Shown here: positions 1 through 9,310 of the stretch, piece by piece
How positions within the stretch are numbered: position 1 is the first letter of the stretch
Layout of the letters: every line of letters starts with the position of its first letter
DNA from: Polyangiales bacterium
GTDB taxonomy: Bacteria; Myxococcota_A; Polyangia; Polyangiales; Polyangiaceae
NCBI GenBank assembly: GCA_038230375.1
Contig: JBBRNJ010000019.1
Span: 50,845-114,844 of the forward strand
Direction: 5' to 3'
Length of the DNA stretch: 64,000 nucleotides
Program-made: the position numbers and the translations under genes
Notes under the pieces: model-generated
Database searches by the model: none
Seen by the model: only the letters and a program-made list of their open reading frames with translations
Told to the model about the DNA's origin: nothing

Positions 1-739
1 GTTCTGCGCCAGCTGCGGCGCGCCCAGGCCTCCACCGTCTGACGCGAAGCCCGAGGCGACCCCGGACAGCAAACCTCGGTCGCTCGTGGACCCGCTCGCG
101 ATGACGGCGCCCGATGCGTTCGCCGAGACCGCCAACGCAAGCACGCGCGCGGAGCTGGATCGCGCGCTCGCGGCGTACGATGCCAAGCAACGCGGCGCCA
201 CTGCGCGTGGAGTACCGCCACCAGTCGCAACACAGGAGATGAAGGGCGTTCCCTCTGCGAACCTGCCCGCCGCATCACCACCTGTGTCCCCCAAGGCGGC
301 GAGCCACGTCGTCCCCGTGCAGCAGCCAAGGACCGCTGCAATGCCTGCGTCCGCACACAAGCTCGCGGCTGCGTCTCCCGTTTCCCCCGCCGTGCAGAAC
401 GCGCAAGGTAGCTCTCCGCAGGCGCGCATTCCGCTCGCGGCAGGCTCCAGCGGCGGTATTGCCGCCATCAGCGATCCCATGCGTGCTTCAGGCCCGCCTG
501 CCATCGGCTCGTCGCCAGGGATGGCTGGCGCAGTACCGCGTCTCTCGCCGGTGCCGTTTCCCCAGCCGATTCGCGGCTCGGCGCCAGCGCTCGCGCCCGG
601 CCTTTCCGTGGGCGTGACGTGGGCGAACGGACAGCGATACCGCGGTATCATCGTGCAGCTCCTCGGCTCGCGCGTGCTCGTGGTTTTCCCCGACGGGCAA
701 CAGCACTGGATCGAGATGAGCTACATCAGTCCCGCATGA
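1..739 (+). CDS. Zinc-ribbon / Pro-Ala-rich linker / C-terminal SH3- or Tudor-like protein (5' end outside window)
   Basis: Frame is open from base 2 (FCASCGAP, a zinc-ribbon knuckle) into ORF 86..739. Ends in a beta-rich VGVTWANGQRYRGIIVQ..VLVVFPDGQQHWI module. Stop overlaps the next ATG (ATGA). Confidence 0.7.
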   Translation, partial: FCASCGAPRPPPSDAKPEATPDSKPRSLVDPLAMTAPDAFAETANASTRAELDRALAAYDAKQRGATARGVPPPVATQEMKGVPSANLPAASPPVSPKAASHVVPVQQPRTAAMPASAHKLAAASPVSPAVQNAQGSSPQARIPLAAGSSGGIAAISDPMRASGPPAIGSSPGMAGAVPRLSPVPFPQPIRGSAPALAPGLSVGVTWANGQRYRGIIVQLLGSRVLVVFPDGQQHWIEMSYISPA

Positions 740-1182
740 TCGACAGCGCAGTCCTCGTTCAGTTGATGGAGGAGATGATCCCCTTCAACCGCTTCCTGGG
801 GCTCAAGGTCCTGCATGTGGAGCGCGGCCTTGTCCGCATCCAGATCCCTTTCCGTGACGAGCTCGTCGGCGACTTCATGCGCCCGGCGCTCCATGGTGGC
901 GTCCTCTCCACCATCATCGACGTCGCGGGTGGCTTTGCCGTGTGGACGCACCTGGACAGCGAGCGCGGGCGCGTGTCCACGATCGATCTGCGCGTCGACT
1001 ACCTGCGCCCCGGCAGGCTCACGACCATCACCGCCGAGGCACGTGTCGTGCGGGCCGGCAAGCGCGTGGGCGTGGTGGACGTGCGCGTCTTCCACCCCGA
1101 TGCAGAGGACGTCACCATCGCCACCGGCAAGGCGGTCTACAACATCATGCTCGTGAAGACGGAGATCACTCCACGAGCTTGA
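736..1182 (+). CDS. PaaI-family hotdog-fold thioesterase
   Basis: PFNRFLG, LHGGVLSTIID and STIDLRVDYLRP motifs; ATG at 736 overlaps the upstream stop. Confidence 0.9.
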   Translation: MIDSAVLVQLMEEMIPFNRFLGLKVLHVERGLVRIQIPFRDELVGDFMRPALHGGVLSTIIDVAGGFAVWTHLDSERGRVSTIDLRVDYLRPGRLTTITAEARVVRAGKRVGVVDVRVFHPDAEDVTIATGKAVYNIMLVKTEITPRA

Positions 1183-1495
1183 GCAGCGCTGCGATCTGCG
1201 CGGGCGTCAGCTTCAGCCGGCGCTCTCGCAGTCGATACAGGAGCGCGTCGCGATCTGGCTCTGCGGCGGGCGGTGTCGTGGTGACCCCTGGCGGCTTGGT
1301 GGTGATCAGCGGCGCGGCGGAGAGCGGCGGCATGATGATCGCCATCGCCTCGTTCGCGCCGGGCAGGGATGGCGCGCGCACCGTGGTTGCAGGATCGACC
1401 GGTGCGGGTGGGAGGGTGTTGAACAGCGACGCAGGCGCGCTCGATGGAGTCATTGCCGCGCCACTGTCCGGCCCCGGCTTCGAAGAGTCGCTCAC
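1166..1495 (-). CDS. Small Pro-rich hypothetical protein
   Basis: 109 aa ORF with helical C-terminus; TACAGT -10-like box 7 nt upstream of the GTG. Confidence 0.55.
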   Translation of the reverse strand: MSDSSKPGPDSGAAMTPSSAPASLFNTLPPAPVDPATTVRAPSLPGANEAMAIIMPPLSAAPLITTKPPGVTTTPPAAEPDRDALLYRLRERRLKLTPAQIAALLKLVE

Positions 1496-1565
1496 ACCAG
1501 GAACTGTAGGAGGGTACGCGCGCCGCAGGCAAGAAACCGGTCAGCCGGCGCGGAGCTTGGACGCT

Positions 1566-3611
1566 TCAGAACGGGCGCTCGTGAAGAGGCATGTCCTCGT
1601 CGGGGCGACGACGCAGCCGATCCAGCGCGCGGATGACGAGGCCCTTCAGCGCGACGCGGTGCAGGAGCACGAGCCACCCGCACAGACCGAGCCACGCGAG
1701 CTGGATGATGGAGAGCGTCGCCGTGGTGACGTAGACGAGGCGCGGGCGGAACGGGCGCTCCGCGCTCACGAGCTGACGGGACGTGCCCACGAAGGTCTCG
1801 CTCGCAGGCATGGAGAGCTGGACGGGCACGATGACCGGCTTGCCGTCCGGACCCTCTTGAGGAGCGGCGTACGAGGGCTCCTGCGTGGGCGTGTTTCCAG
1901 CCACGAAGATCTCGCGCGCGTACTCCGCCGTCGCGGTGCCGATCGCCACCTTGCCCCCGATGAGCGCCACCACCACGCAAGTGCCGGCTGCGATCCACAG
2001 CCGCGTGCCGCGCAGGAAGCGTGATGCCACGAACACTCCGCCGATGCAGAAGAGCGTCGCCGCTGCGACCACGAAGAGCGAATGCGACATGAGCCAGAGG
2101 CCCGAGAGCACCGCCGCGCCCAGGATGCGCGTGCGCCGCGTGCGGAAGCCCAGTCCGGCGGCCGCGCCGCCAAGCAGCATCGCGACCAGATCCGCCAACG
2201 AGAACGCCGTGAGCACGCGGTCGCCGCCGAAGAGCGCGAGCGGCAGCACGTTGTCCGGTAGGCCCATCGTGATGCTGGCGCGCGATGTGGCGAGCGCGTG
2301 CGACGGAAGCGCGGGCGACAGCATGCCGCCGAAGGTCCGGATCTTGTCGGAGCCAAGCGTCTGCACGCGGAAGCGGTGCGCGCCGGTGGGGAGCTGCACC
2401 AGGAAGTCCTGCCCGTGTCCGGATGCACGCAACACGCGGGACGGCATTCCATCCACGGAGACGAACATCGGCCGACCGGCCGGCGTGACGAAGAGCCGCT
2501 CGAGGCCGTTGTTGTCGTACGTGTACGTGCCGTCGTGGATCACCTCGCCCAGCGGCGTGAACGCGAAGTAGTGCCGTTCCTCACGCACCACGGCAGACAG
2601 CTGCTCGCCCTGCACGAGTGACTGGATGTCCACGTCCAGGTGCTGCCCGCGCTGGAGCAGGAAGAGGCGCGCGGAGGGCAGCGTCGCCGGGATGGGCGAC
2701 TGCTCCACGCCGACCTGCTTGATGTCACCGTCGAAGGACAAAAGCGTGTCGGGCTCGGCCTCCACGAGCCACCATTCGTACGCGGAGCGCTCGTCGGTTC
2801 GGAGCTGACCGAACTTGTTGATGACGCCCGTGATCGTCACGTCGGCGTCGTGTCCGGCCAGCGGCAGACGAAGCTCGGTTGCATCCTGTGTCCACCCTTC
2901 GGAGCCGGACACCTCGCGCACGTGCTCGCCGTAGCGGAGCGGGATGGTGACGGTGCCGAGCTCCTCGCCGCCAGAGAGCGTGAGGCGGTAGTTGAACGTC
3001 TTTTCCTTGCCGATGCGCAGCCCGCGCGAGAGGCGGAAGGAGCTCTTCGTCTTGGTCTTTGCGAGGGACTCGGGCGTCATCGGATCGAAGTGGAGCATCA
3101 CGTTCTCCACGCCGGACATGCTCGAGCCCTCGGTCACGCGACCGCGCGTGAGCTTCACGTCGAGGGAGTTGATCGGTCCCACGACCTTGAGCCCTTCGTC
3201 CTCCTGGACGGTCAGGGTCCCGCGCAGCACGAACGAGCGCGCACGCGTGCGAATGAAGAAGCTCTCGCCCTCGAAGCCCATCGTCGTGGCGCCGCCGTTC
3301 AATGTCACGTCATCCAGGCGGACCTGCTGCGGCATGCCGAACAGCGGGATCTGCACCTCCTCGTCGACCAGCACGCCGCCGTGCATCTCGAAATGCAGTG
3401 GCTCGCCCACAGCGCCGGTCAGCGTGAGGGACGAAATGAGGAAGCAGTGGATGGAACACGGCTCGGGCTTCGTTATTTGCTGGCGCGCCGTCAGATACTC
3501 GCGGAGCAGTACATCGAGGTCCGCATTCTGCGCTTGCGCGGGCCGCGCAGAGGAGAACGTGCACATGAGCGCGCACACGAGGAGCGCGCAGAAGGTGGCG
3601 AAGCGTCGCAT
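1566..3611 (-). CDS. Large exported/membrane hypothetical protein (signal peptide, beta-rich extracytoplasmic part, several C-terminal TM helices)
   Basis: MRRFATFCALLVCALMCTFSSARPAQA signal peptide; GGGAG SD before ATG 3611; hydrophobic C-terminal segments. Confidence 0.8.
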   Translation of the reverse strand: MRRFATFCALLVCALMCTFSSARPAQAQNADLDVLLREYLTARQQITKPEPCSIHCFLISSLTLTGAVGEPLHFEMHGGVLVDEEVQIPLFGMPQQVRLDDVTLNGGATTMGFEGESFFIRTRARSFVLRGTLTVQEDEGLKVVGPINSLDVKLTRGRVTEGSSMSGVENVMLHFDPMTPESLAKTKTKSSFRLSRGLRIGKEKTFNYRLTLSGGEELGTVTIPLRYGEHVREVSGSEGWTQDATELRLPLAGHDADVTITGVINKFGQLRTDERSAYEWWLVEAEPDTLLSFDGDIKQVGVEQSPIPATLPSARLFLLQRGQHLDVDIQSLVQGEQLSAVVREERHYFAFTPLGEVIHDGTYTYDNNGLERLFVTPAGRPMFVSVDGMPSRVLRASGHGQDFLVQLPTGAHRFRVQTLGSDKIRTFGGMLSPALPSHALATSRASITMGLPDNVLPLALFGGDRVLTAFSLADLVAMLLGGAAAGLGFRTRRTRILGAAVLSGLWLMSHSLFVVAAATLFCIGGVFVASRFLRGTRLWIAAGTCVVVALIGGKVAIGTATAEYAREIFVAGNTPTQEPSYAAPQEGPDGKPVIVPVQLSMPASETFVGTSRQLVSAERPFRPRLVYVTTATLSIIQLAWLGLCGWLVLLHRVALKGLVIRALDRLRRRPDEDMPLHERPF

Positions 3612-3768
3612 GGAGCTCTCCCTTTTCAAGTTCACGCGCACCGGAATTGTTCACGGCGACACGATCACCCGACCGTCGAGGCAAGACGCCTCTCTGCAGC
3701 GAAAGCTACGCGCCGCAAATGTTCCGAAAAACCTTCGGGTGGGCGGCTCCGCAGCGGCCCCGTTTGGT

Positions 3769-4875
3769 TCAACGAGGGCCGCGGAAGAGCGGACGCGTCG
3801 TGCCATTTGGCAGGATGGCTTCTGCCACTTCGTCCGTGCCGTCGTGCCTCACGCGGAGGAGCTCGCCCTTGCTGTCGCCAGAGCCCAGACCTGCGTCGAC
3901 CCTGAAGAGCTTTCCGTAGAACGCGGGCGGCGCGTAGGCCATGCCCTTCACGCCGAAGGCATTCGGATCGTGCCCGAACACGATGTGCGTTGCGCCGAGG
4001 GCCTTCAGGTTCTGATCGACCACGCTCAGCGACGTGTACCAGTCGCGTGCCTCGAGAACGGAGTCGGCGCCGATGAACGCGTTCGAGGTGTAGCCAGAGC
4101 TGGAGGCGAGCGCTCCGGTCACGTCCGCATCGACCTGCGCAAGCGTCTTCCCGGCGCTATCGCCCGCGTGCGAGAAGAACCAGCCGTCGACCTTGGCCGC
4201 GACCGGCAACGTGCGCAGCCATGCACCGCGCGGGTCCGCGCCGCTCGCGAAGAGGATCGGTGAGATGGCGGGCTTCAGCCTGGCGAGCTCTTGGTCGATC
4301 GTGTCCTGGCCGGTGAACTTCGAGCTCATCGGTGTGCCAAGGAACTCCGCCTCGTGGTTGCCCAGGAGCACGACCACATGACCGCCGGCGTTCTTCGCCG
4401 CGGCCTCCAGCGCCATCGCAAAAGCCAGCACCTCGAGGCTCGCGGGGCCCTTGTCGATCATGTCGCCCGCGATGACGAGCGTGGCGTTGCCGCCGGTCCA
4501 CACCACATTCGACGGCGGTGTGGCTGTGGCGATGAGGCTGCCTTTCTGGAGCAGCGTCGTGAGCTCGGCCAGATGACCGTGCACGTCACTCAGCGCGTAG
4601 AGCGTGGTGTACGTCGATGCGGTGTACACGTGCGCGAATGACTGCGCTCCGGAACCCCCGGAACCAGCTCCGTCGCCGCTGACGCCAATGCCATCACCCG
4701 GCGCTTGCACACCCGCTGCACCGCGCGCTCGGCCGTTTCCAGCTTCATCGGCGGCGGCAGGGGAGGGGGGAGGGGAGGTGTCAGGCGAGGGGCCGTCACT
4801 GTTCGCCGCGCCAGCACAGGCCGCGAGCGCGCATAGCGCACCGACCGAGACCAGGCGGAGGACGGGCAAGGACAT
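3769..4875 (-). CDS. Calcineurin-like metallophosphoesterase lipoprotein (Shewanella-like phosphatase type)
   Basis: SDVHG, GDMIDKG, LGNHE, SHAG, FGH and RVDAG motifs; lipobox ALAAC. Confidence 0.88.
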   Translation of the reverse strand: MSLPVLRLVSVGALCALAACAGAANSDGPSPDTSPPPSPAAADEAGNGRARGAAGVQAPGDGIGVSGDGAGSGGSGAQSFAHVYTASTYTTLYALSDVHGHLAELTTLLQKGSLIATATPPSNVVWTGGNATLVIAGDMIDKGPASLEVLAFAMALEAAAKNAGGHVVVLLGNHEAEFLGTPMSSKFTGQDTIDQELARLKPAISPILFASGADPRGAWLRTLPVAAKVDGWFFSHAGDSAGKTLAQVDADVTGALASSSGYTSNAFIGADSVLEARDWYTSLSVVDQNLKALGATHIVFGHDPNAFGVKGMAYAPPAFYGKLFRVDAGLGSGDSKGELLRVRHDGTDEVAEAILPNGTTRPLFRGPR

Positions 4876-4933
4876 GAACCGCCGACTGTGGCGGGTGCAT
4901 GCCGGCCGCGCAACGACGCCCGTTCCTTGAGAC

Positions 4934-5413
4934 TCAACGGTAAGGCGTGAGCGTGGAAGATTCCACGAGCTTCCGGAAGGCCTCGACACTCCTCTGGTAG
5001 ATCGCCTGGGCCGGAGGCGGTCGATTGTCGGAGCCGAGGAGCCCGACCGGCTGTGCGAAGAGGCTCGCGAGCATTCCCTCGTGCGCGATCTCCGTCAGGA
5101 TGCGCAGCTCGGTGCCACCGGAGCTCTCCTCCAGCACGGCGCGATCCAGGATCAGCATCCCCGGGAGACGGGTCTCGATAGCGAGCAGCTTCGGTGCGCG
5201 GAACGCCGTGATCTCGATCGTCGCGTCGGTGCGTTTTCCTTTCACGCGCCGCGCCACGTCGATGCAGGTGCCCACGCCCAGCTCCTCCTTGCCGATGATC
5301 TCCGCGTCGAACACGTCCTCCGCCCAGCTGGGGACCTTGGACACGTCCGTGAGGTAACCCCAGACGATCTCCGGCTTGCGCGGGATCGTGACCATGGCCT
5401 CCATGTACAGCAC
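4934..5413 (-). CDS. SRPBCC/START-fold (polyketide cyclase-like) protein
   Basis: VTIPRKPEIVWGYLTDVSKVPSW and GGTELR motifs; exact start uncertain. Confidence 0.8.
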   Translation of the reverse strand: MLYMEAMVTIPRKPEIVWGYLTDVSKVPSWAEDVFDAEIIGKEELGVGTCIDVARRVKGKRTDATIEITAFRAPKLLAIETRLPGMLILDRAVLEESSGGTELRILTEIAHEGMLASLFAQPVGLLGSDNRPPPAQAIYQRSVEAFRKLVESSTLTPYR

Positions 5414-5419
5414 GCGCGC

Positions 5420-6916
5420 CTACTTCGCGTGTGCGCGCGATGCGCCCTTCGTCTTCTTCCGGCTGCTCGCGCTGTTCTCGCCCTTGTGCGCGTTCCCGCG
5501 CGAGGCCTTCTGGGCCTTCAACGCGAGCCCTGCATGCACGGGCTCCGGCTTGCGCTTCGCAAGGTAGTCGATGAGATCGATCTTGGTGACGATGCCCACG
5601 ACGCGCGTGCCGTCGAGGGCGATGGCGGCCTTCGCGTCGGCGAGCACGCCTTGCAGGAGCTCGATCTTCGTGTCCGGCGTGACGGTCGCGTAGTCACCCT
5701 CGATGAGCTCCGCGATGCGTGAGTCCAGCGTCTTGCTGCCAGAGACCAGGTGGCGAAGCAGGTCGATCTCGCCCACGATGCCGACGAGCTTGCCCTTCTC
5801 CACGACCGGGAGCTGGCTGATGCCGAGCGACTTCAGCGTGGCGATCACGTCGCGCACCTTCGAGCTCGGCTGCGCCGTGACGATCTTCGCGCGCTTGTGC
5901 GAGACGAGGAGGTCATGCACGGTGCCCAGGCCCGGCTGGTCGTCCATGAAGCCGTTCTCGCGCATCCAGTCGTCGTTGAAGATCTTCGACACGTACTTCT
6001 GGCCGGAGTCGCACAGGAAGACCAGGATCTTCTCCGGCTTCTTCAGCTTCGCGGCGTACTTGATCGCGCCCGCAACCGCCGCGCCGCCGGAGCCACCCAC
6101 GAAGATGCCTTCCTGGTGCGTGAGCGCACGCGTCATCAGGAAGCACTCCTTGTCGTCCACGCGGATGATGTCGTCCATGATCTTGAGGTTCATGGTGGTG
6201 GGGAAGAAGTCCTCGCCGATGCCCTCTACCTTGTACGAGAACGGCTTGGTGATGCGGCCGGTCTTCACGAAGTCGTAGTAGAGCGAGCCGACGGGATCGA
6301 CACCGACGAGCTTCACGTTCGGCATCTTCTCGCGCAGGTACTTGCCGGTGCCGCTGATGGTGCCGCCGGTGCCCATGCCCGCGACGAAGGTGTCGAAGTC
6401 GCCCTTGGTCTGCTTCCAGATCTCCGGGCCGGTCCAGAGGTAGTGAGCCTCGGGGTTCGCGGGGTTGTGGTACTGGTTCGCGTAGAACGAGTTGGGTGTC
6501 TCGTCTGCGATGCGTCGCGACACCTTGTAGTAGCTGCGCGGATCCTCGGCGTCGACGGCCGTGGGGCACACGACGACCTTGGCGCCGAACGCGCGCAGTC
6601 CGGAGATCTTCTCCTGGCTCATCTTGTCCGGCATGATGAAGATGCACTTGTAGCCGCGCACGGCAGCGAGCAGCGCGAGCGATGCGCCCGTGTTGCCGGA
6701 CGTCGCCTCGACGATGGTGCCGCCGGGACGCAGGCCTGCTTCTTCCGCGCGCCGCAGCAGGTTCCAGGCGAGGCGATCCTTGTGACTGCCACCTGGATTC
6801 AGGTACTCGCACTTCACGTAGATCTCGCTCGCCACGCTCGCAGCTACGCGGTTCAAGCGAATGATAGGCGTGTTGCCGACTGCCTTGGTGATGTCCTCGA
6901 GAGCGCCGTGCATCAT
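5420..6916 (-). CDS. cbs: Cystathionine beta-synthase (PLP-dependent) with C-terminal CBS pair
   Basis: KCEYLNPGGSHKDR, EATSGNTG, GMGTGGT and YKVEGIGEDF motifs; CBS domains (ISQLPVV, GIVTKIDL). Confidence 0.9.
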   Translation of the reverse strand: MMHGALEDITKAVGNTPIIRLNRVAASVASEIYVKCEYLNPGGSHKDRLAWNLLRRAEEAGLRPGGTIVEATSGNTGASLALLAAVRGYKCIFIMPDKMSQEKISGLRAFGAKVVVCPTAVDAEDPRSYYKVSRRIADETPNSFYANQYHNPANPEAHYLWTGPEIWKQTKGDFDTFVAGMGTGGTISGTGKYLREKMPNVKLVGVDPVGSLYYDFVKTGRITKPFSYKVEGIGEDFFPTTMNLKIMDDIIRVDDKECFLMTRALTHQEGIFVGGSGGAAVAGAIKYAAKLKKPEKILVFLCDSGQKYVSKIFNDDWMRENGFMDDQPGLGTVHDLLVSHKRAKIVTAQPSSKVRDVIATLKSLGISQLPVVEKGKLVGIVGEIDLLRHLVSGSKTLDSRIAELIEGDYATVTPDTKIELLQGVLADAKAAIALDGTRVVGIVTKIDLIDYLAKRKPEPVHAGLALKAQKASRGNAHKGENSASSRKKTKGASRAHAK

Positions 6917-7022
6917 GGTGGGCGCAACATGCCGGGGTTGCGCGCGCGGCGCAAGACGCTTCGAGCCGGACGTGCGCGTTCCCACGCGCGCTGTCGCCGT
7001 GTCGCGTTATAGGATGGGAAGA

Positions 7023-7694
7023 ATGCCGCTCCGCGTTGACCCGCCAGCGACGGAGGAGGAGCTCATGGAACGGGCGCGCGCGCTCACCGGGCGGACGCTC
7101 GGCGCGATCGCGGAGGAGCTGCGAATGGCGCTCCCGGACGACCCCGTGCACGGGAAGGGCAAGCCCGGCGAGCTGCTGGAGCGCGCGCTGGGCGCAACGG
7201 GCGGCTCGCGCGCGGAGCACGATTTTCCGGAGCTCGCGATCGAGCTGAAGTCGATCCCCACGGATGAGAAGGGGGCGCCGCGCGAGTCGACATATGTGTG
7301 CAAGATACAACTAGAGGACGCGGACTCCGTGGAGTGGGAGGACAGCTGGACGCGGAAGAAGCTGTCGCGCGTGCTCTTCCTGCCGGTCGTGACGCCGGAT
7401 GACTCTGCGATGCTCGAGCGCGTCGTGGGGACGCCCGTGCTCTTCGTCCCCACTGCCGAAGAGGAGCGGGTGCTGCGAGCGGACTACGAGGACGCGATGG
7501 GGCTCATCGCCACGGGTCGCGTGGAGGAGCTCACCGCGCACACGGGAACGTGGCTCCAGGTCCGACCAAAAGCCAGAGACGGCTCCGCACGCACGCTGAC
7601 CTTCGGTCCCGAGCGAGAAAGAATTCTCGCCATGCCACGAGGCTTCTACCTCCGCCCATCGTTCACCGCAAAGGTCCTCCGCAAGCCGCGCTAG
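7023..7694 (+). CDS. mutH: DNA mismatch repair endonuclease MutH (MutH/Sau3AI family)
   Basis: GELLERALGA..DFPELAIELKSIP, ESTYVC, LQVRPKA and RGFYL motifs match MutH. Confidence 0.88.
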   Translation: MPLRVDPPATEEELMERARALTGRTLGAIAEELRMALPDDPVHGKGKPGELLERALGATGGSRAEHDFPELAIELKSIPTDEKGAPRESTYVCKIQLEDADSVEWEDSWTRKKLSRVLFLPVVTPDDSAMLERVVGTPVLFVPTAEEERVLRADYEDAMGLIATGRVEELTAHTGTWLQVRPKARDGSARTLTFGPERERILAMPRGFYLRPSFTAKVLRKPR

Positions 7695-8362
7695 ACGCCC
7701 GGAAGGGTCGCAGCCTCCTTCACGATCCACCACGTGAATGCGCGCGGGCCGTAGGAGTGCCTGGTGATGCGATAGCCATGTGCAAGCTCCCCGGTGATGT
7801 CGCACGAGTGCGCCGACCCCATCGACGTGGTGTCCCCGAATCGCAGATCGAATCGCTCGAGCACACCGTTCCCATCCAGCGCGATCTCGGCGCGGAACCG
7901 GCCCTCGCATGGCTCTTCGAAGAACCAGCAAATGCCCTCGAAGCTCACGCCGCGCTCGATAGGGGTGATCGTGTTGGGTGTGAAGCCGTCGGAGATGTCG
8001 CCGACCGGCAACAGTCGAGGCACCACGCAGTGCTCGAGTTCCTCGCAGAGGCGAAAGAGAGGCGTCTTGAGCTTGTAGCTCCCTGGCTCGAACGAACCGG
8101 TCGCCAGCATCTCGCCAATGAAGCCGGTGATCTTCTCCTCCATCCTCGCCACGGTGAATCGCGCTGGAAGGCAGGTCGTGACGAGCGACTCGATCACGTC
8201 CGCATAGGCAGCCGCGTCGTCCTCATCCGCCAGGATCTCGTGGCTCCGCGGCCCCACACCACCGCGCGAGATCAGCAGGATGGCGGGATGGCGCCGCCGA
8301 GCGTGAGCGATGAACGCCCACGCTTCCTCCTCGGAGAGGTTCGACAGGATGGCCACCGTCAT
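7691..8362 (-). CDS. Hypothetical protein
   Basis: 223 aa ORF with globular composition filling the gap between pgeF and mutH. Confidence 0.65.
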   Translation of the reverse strand: MTVAILSNLSEEEAWAFIAHARRRHPAILLISRGGVGPRSHEILADEDDAAAYADVIESLVTTCLPARFTVARMEEKITGFIGEMLATGSFEPGSYKLKTPLFRLCEELEHCVVPRLLPVGDISDGFTPNTITPIERGVSFEGICWFFEEPCEGRFRAEIALDGNGVLERFDLRFGDTTSMGSAHSCDITGELAHGYRITRHSYGPRAFTWWIVKEAATLPGV

Positions 8363-8379
8363 CGCCCCCCATCACAGCC

Positions 8380-8476
8380 GAGGTCGAGGTCGAAGTCGAG
8401 GTTGAGGTTGAGGTCGAAGTCGAGGTTGTGGTCGAAGGTCGAGGTCGAGGTCGAGGTCGGGGTCGAGGTCGAGGTC
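8380..8476. repeat. Degenerate hexamer tandem repeat (GAGGTC)n, about 16 units
   Basis: gaggtc/gaagtc/gaggtt units, one of them 7 nt long, abutting the pgeF stop codon. Confidence 0.95.
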
Positions 8477-9242
8477 ACTTCGCCGTGATCACTCCCAGGA
8501 GGCGCCCCGCGTGGTCCCCGTCTCTTCGGTACGAGTAGTACGTCTTCTCGTCGCACCTCGTGCACCCGCCGACCTGATCGATTCGCGCTGCTTCCACTCC
8601 CAGCCGCGCGAGCTGCGCCGCCACCGCGACTCGTAGGTCCACCATCGCCTTCGCGGGCTCGTGCGTGGACGCGATGCACGTGGGTGCCGAGGCCGCTGCG
8701 ATCTTCTCCGCGACCTCGCGCGACACCTCGAAGCAGCACGCGCCGATGCACGGACCTATCGCCGCGACCAGATCGCTCCCGTCGCGCGCGTGCAAGACGT
8801 CCAGTGCGCGCGCCACCACCTCCGCCACCACGCCCTTCCAGCCCGCATGGATCGCAGCGACCTGCCCCGTGCGTGTGTCGCCCACCAGCACAGGCACGCA
8901 GTCCGCAACACGCACGCCGACGGTGTCGCCCGCGTCGCTCGCGACCAACGCATCCGCCTCCGGGTAGCGCGCGTCCACCGTGCTGAACTTTCCGAGCGCA
9001 AGATCCTCGCGCGCGGGTACGAAGACCGTCGCGCCGTGGACCTGTTGCGCCTGGTACAACCTGCGCGCCTCGAAGCCGAGCGCCTTCGCGAGCCGCGCCT
9101 GGTTCTCCTCCAGCGCTCCCGCGTCGCGCAGCAGGGCGAAGTCCGCCGAATCGAACGGGGCCGCGCTCACGCCGCCGACCCGTGTCGTGAATCCATGAAC
9201 GAAACCCGAACGCACGAGCAGGTCGCTGCGCTGCAGCATCAA
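8475..9242 (-). CDS. pgeF: PgeF/YfiH family (peptidoglycan editing factor / purine nucleoside phosphorylase)
   Basis: HGFTTRVGGVS, QVHG, ADCVPVL, HAGWKG, IGPCIG and YSYRR motifs. Confidence 0.92.
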   Translation of the reverse strand: MMLQRSDLLVRSGFVHGFTTRVGGVSAAPFDSADFALLRDAGALEENQARLAKALGFEARRLYQAQQVHGATVFVPAREDLALGKFSTVDARYPEADALVASDAGDTVGVRVADCVPVLVGDTRTGQVAAIHAGWKGVVAEVVARALDVLHARDGSDLVAAIGPCIGACCFEVSREVAEKIAAASAPTCIASTHEPAKAMVDLRVAVAAQLARLGVEAARIDQVGGCTRCDEKTYYSYRRDGDHAGRLLGVITAK

Positions 9243-9310
9243 GACTGGCTCATCTCCAAACTCCGGCGTGAGCGAATCGTGTTATCACGGAACGTGGAAT
9301 TTCACCCTGG

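Noticed and set aside
7023..7694. Sau3AI-type restriction-modification system
   Set aside because: Single MutH-length domain and no adjacent methyltransferase
8380..8476. Possible CRISPR array (also repeats at 14247 and ~37310-37380)
   Set aside because: Short tandem units with no unique spacers and no cas genes
8359..8751. ORF ending in STSTST/DLDL repeats
   Set aside because: Mostly overlaps pgeF in another frame; the repeat peptide is only a translation of the hexamer array
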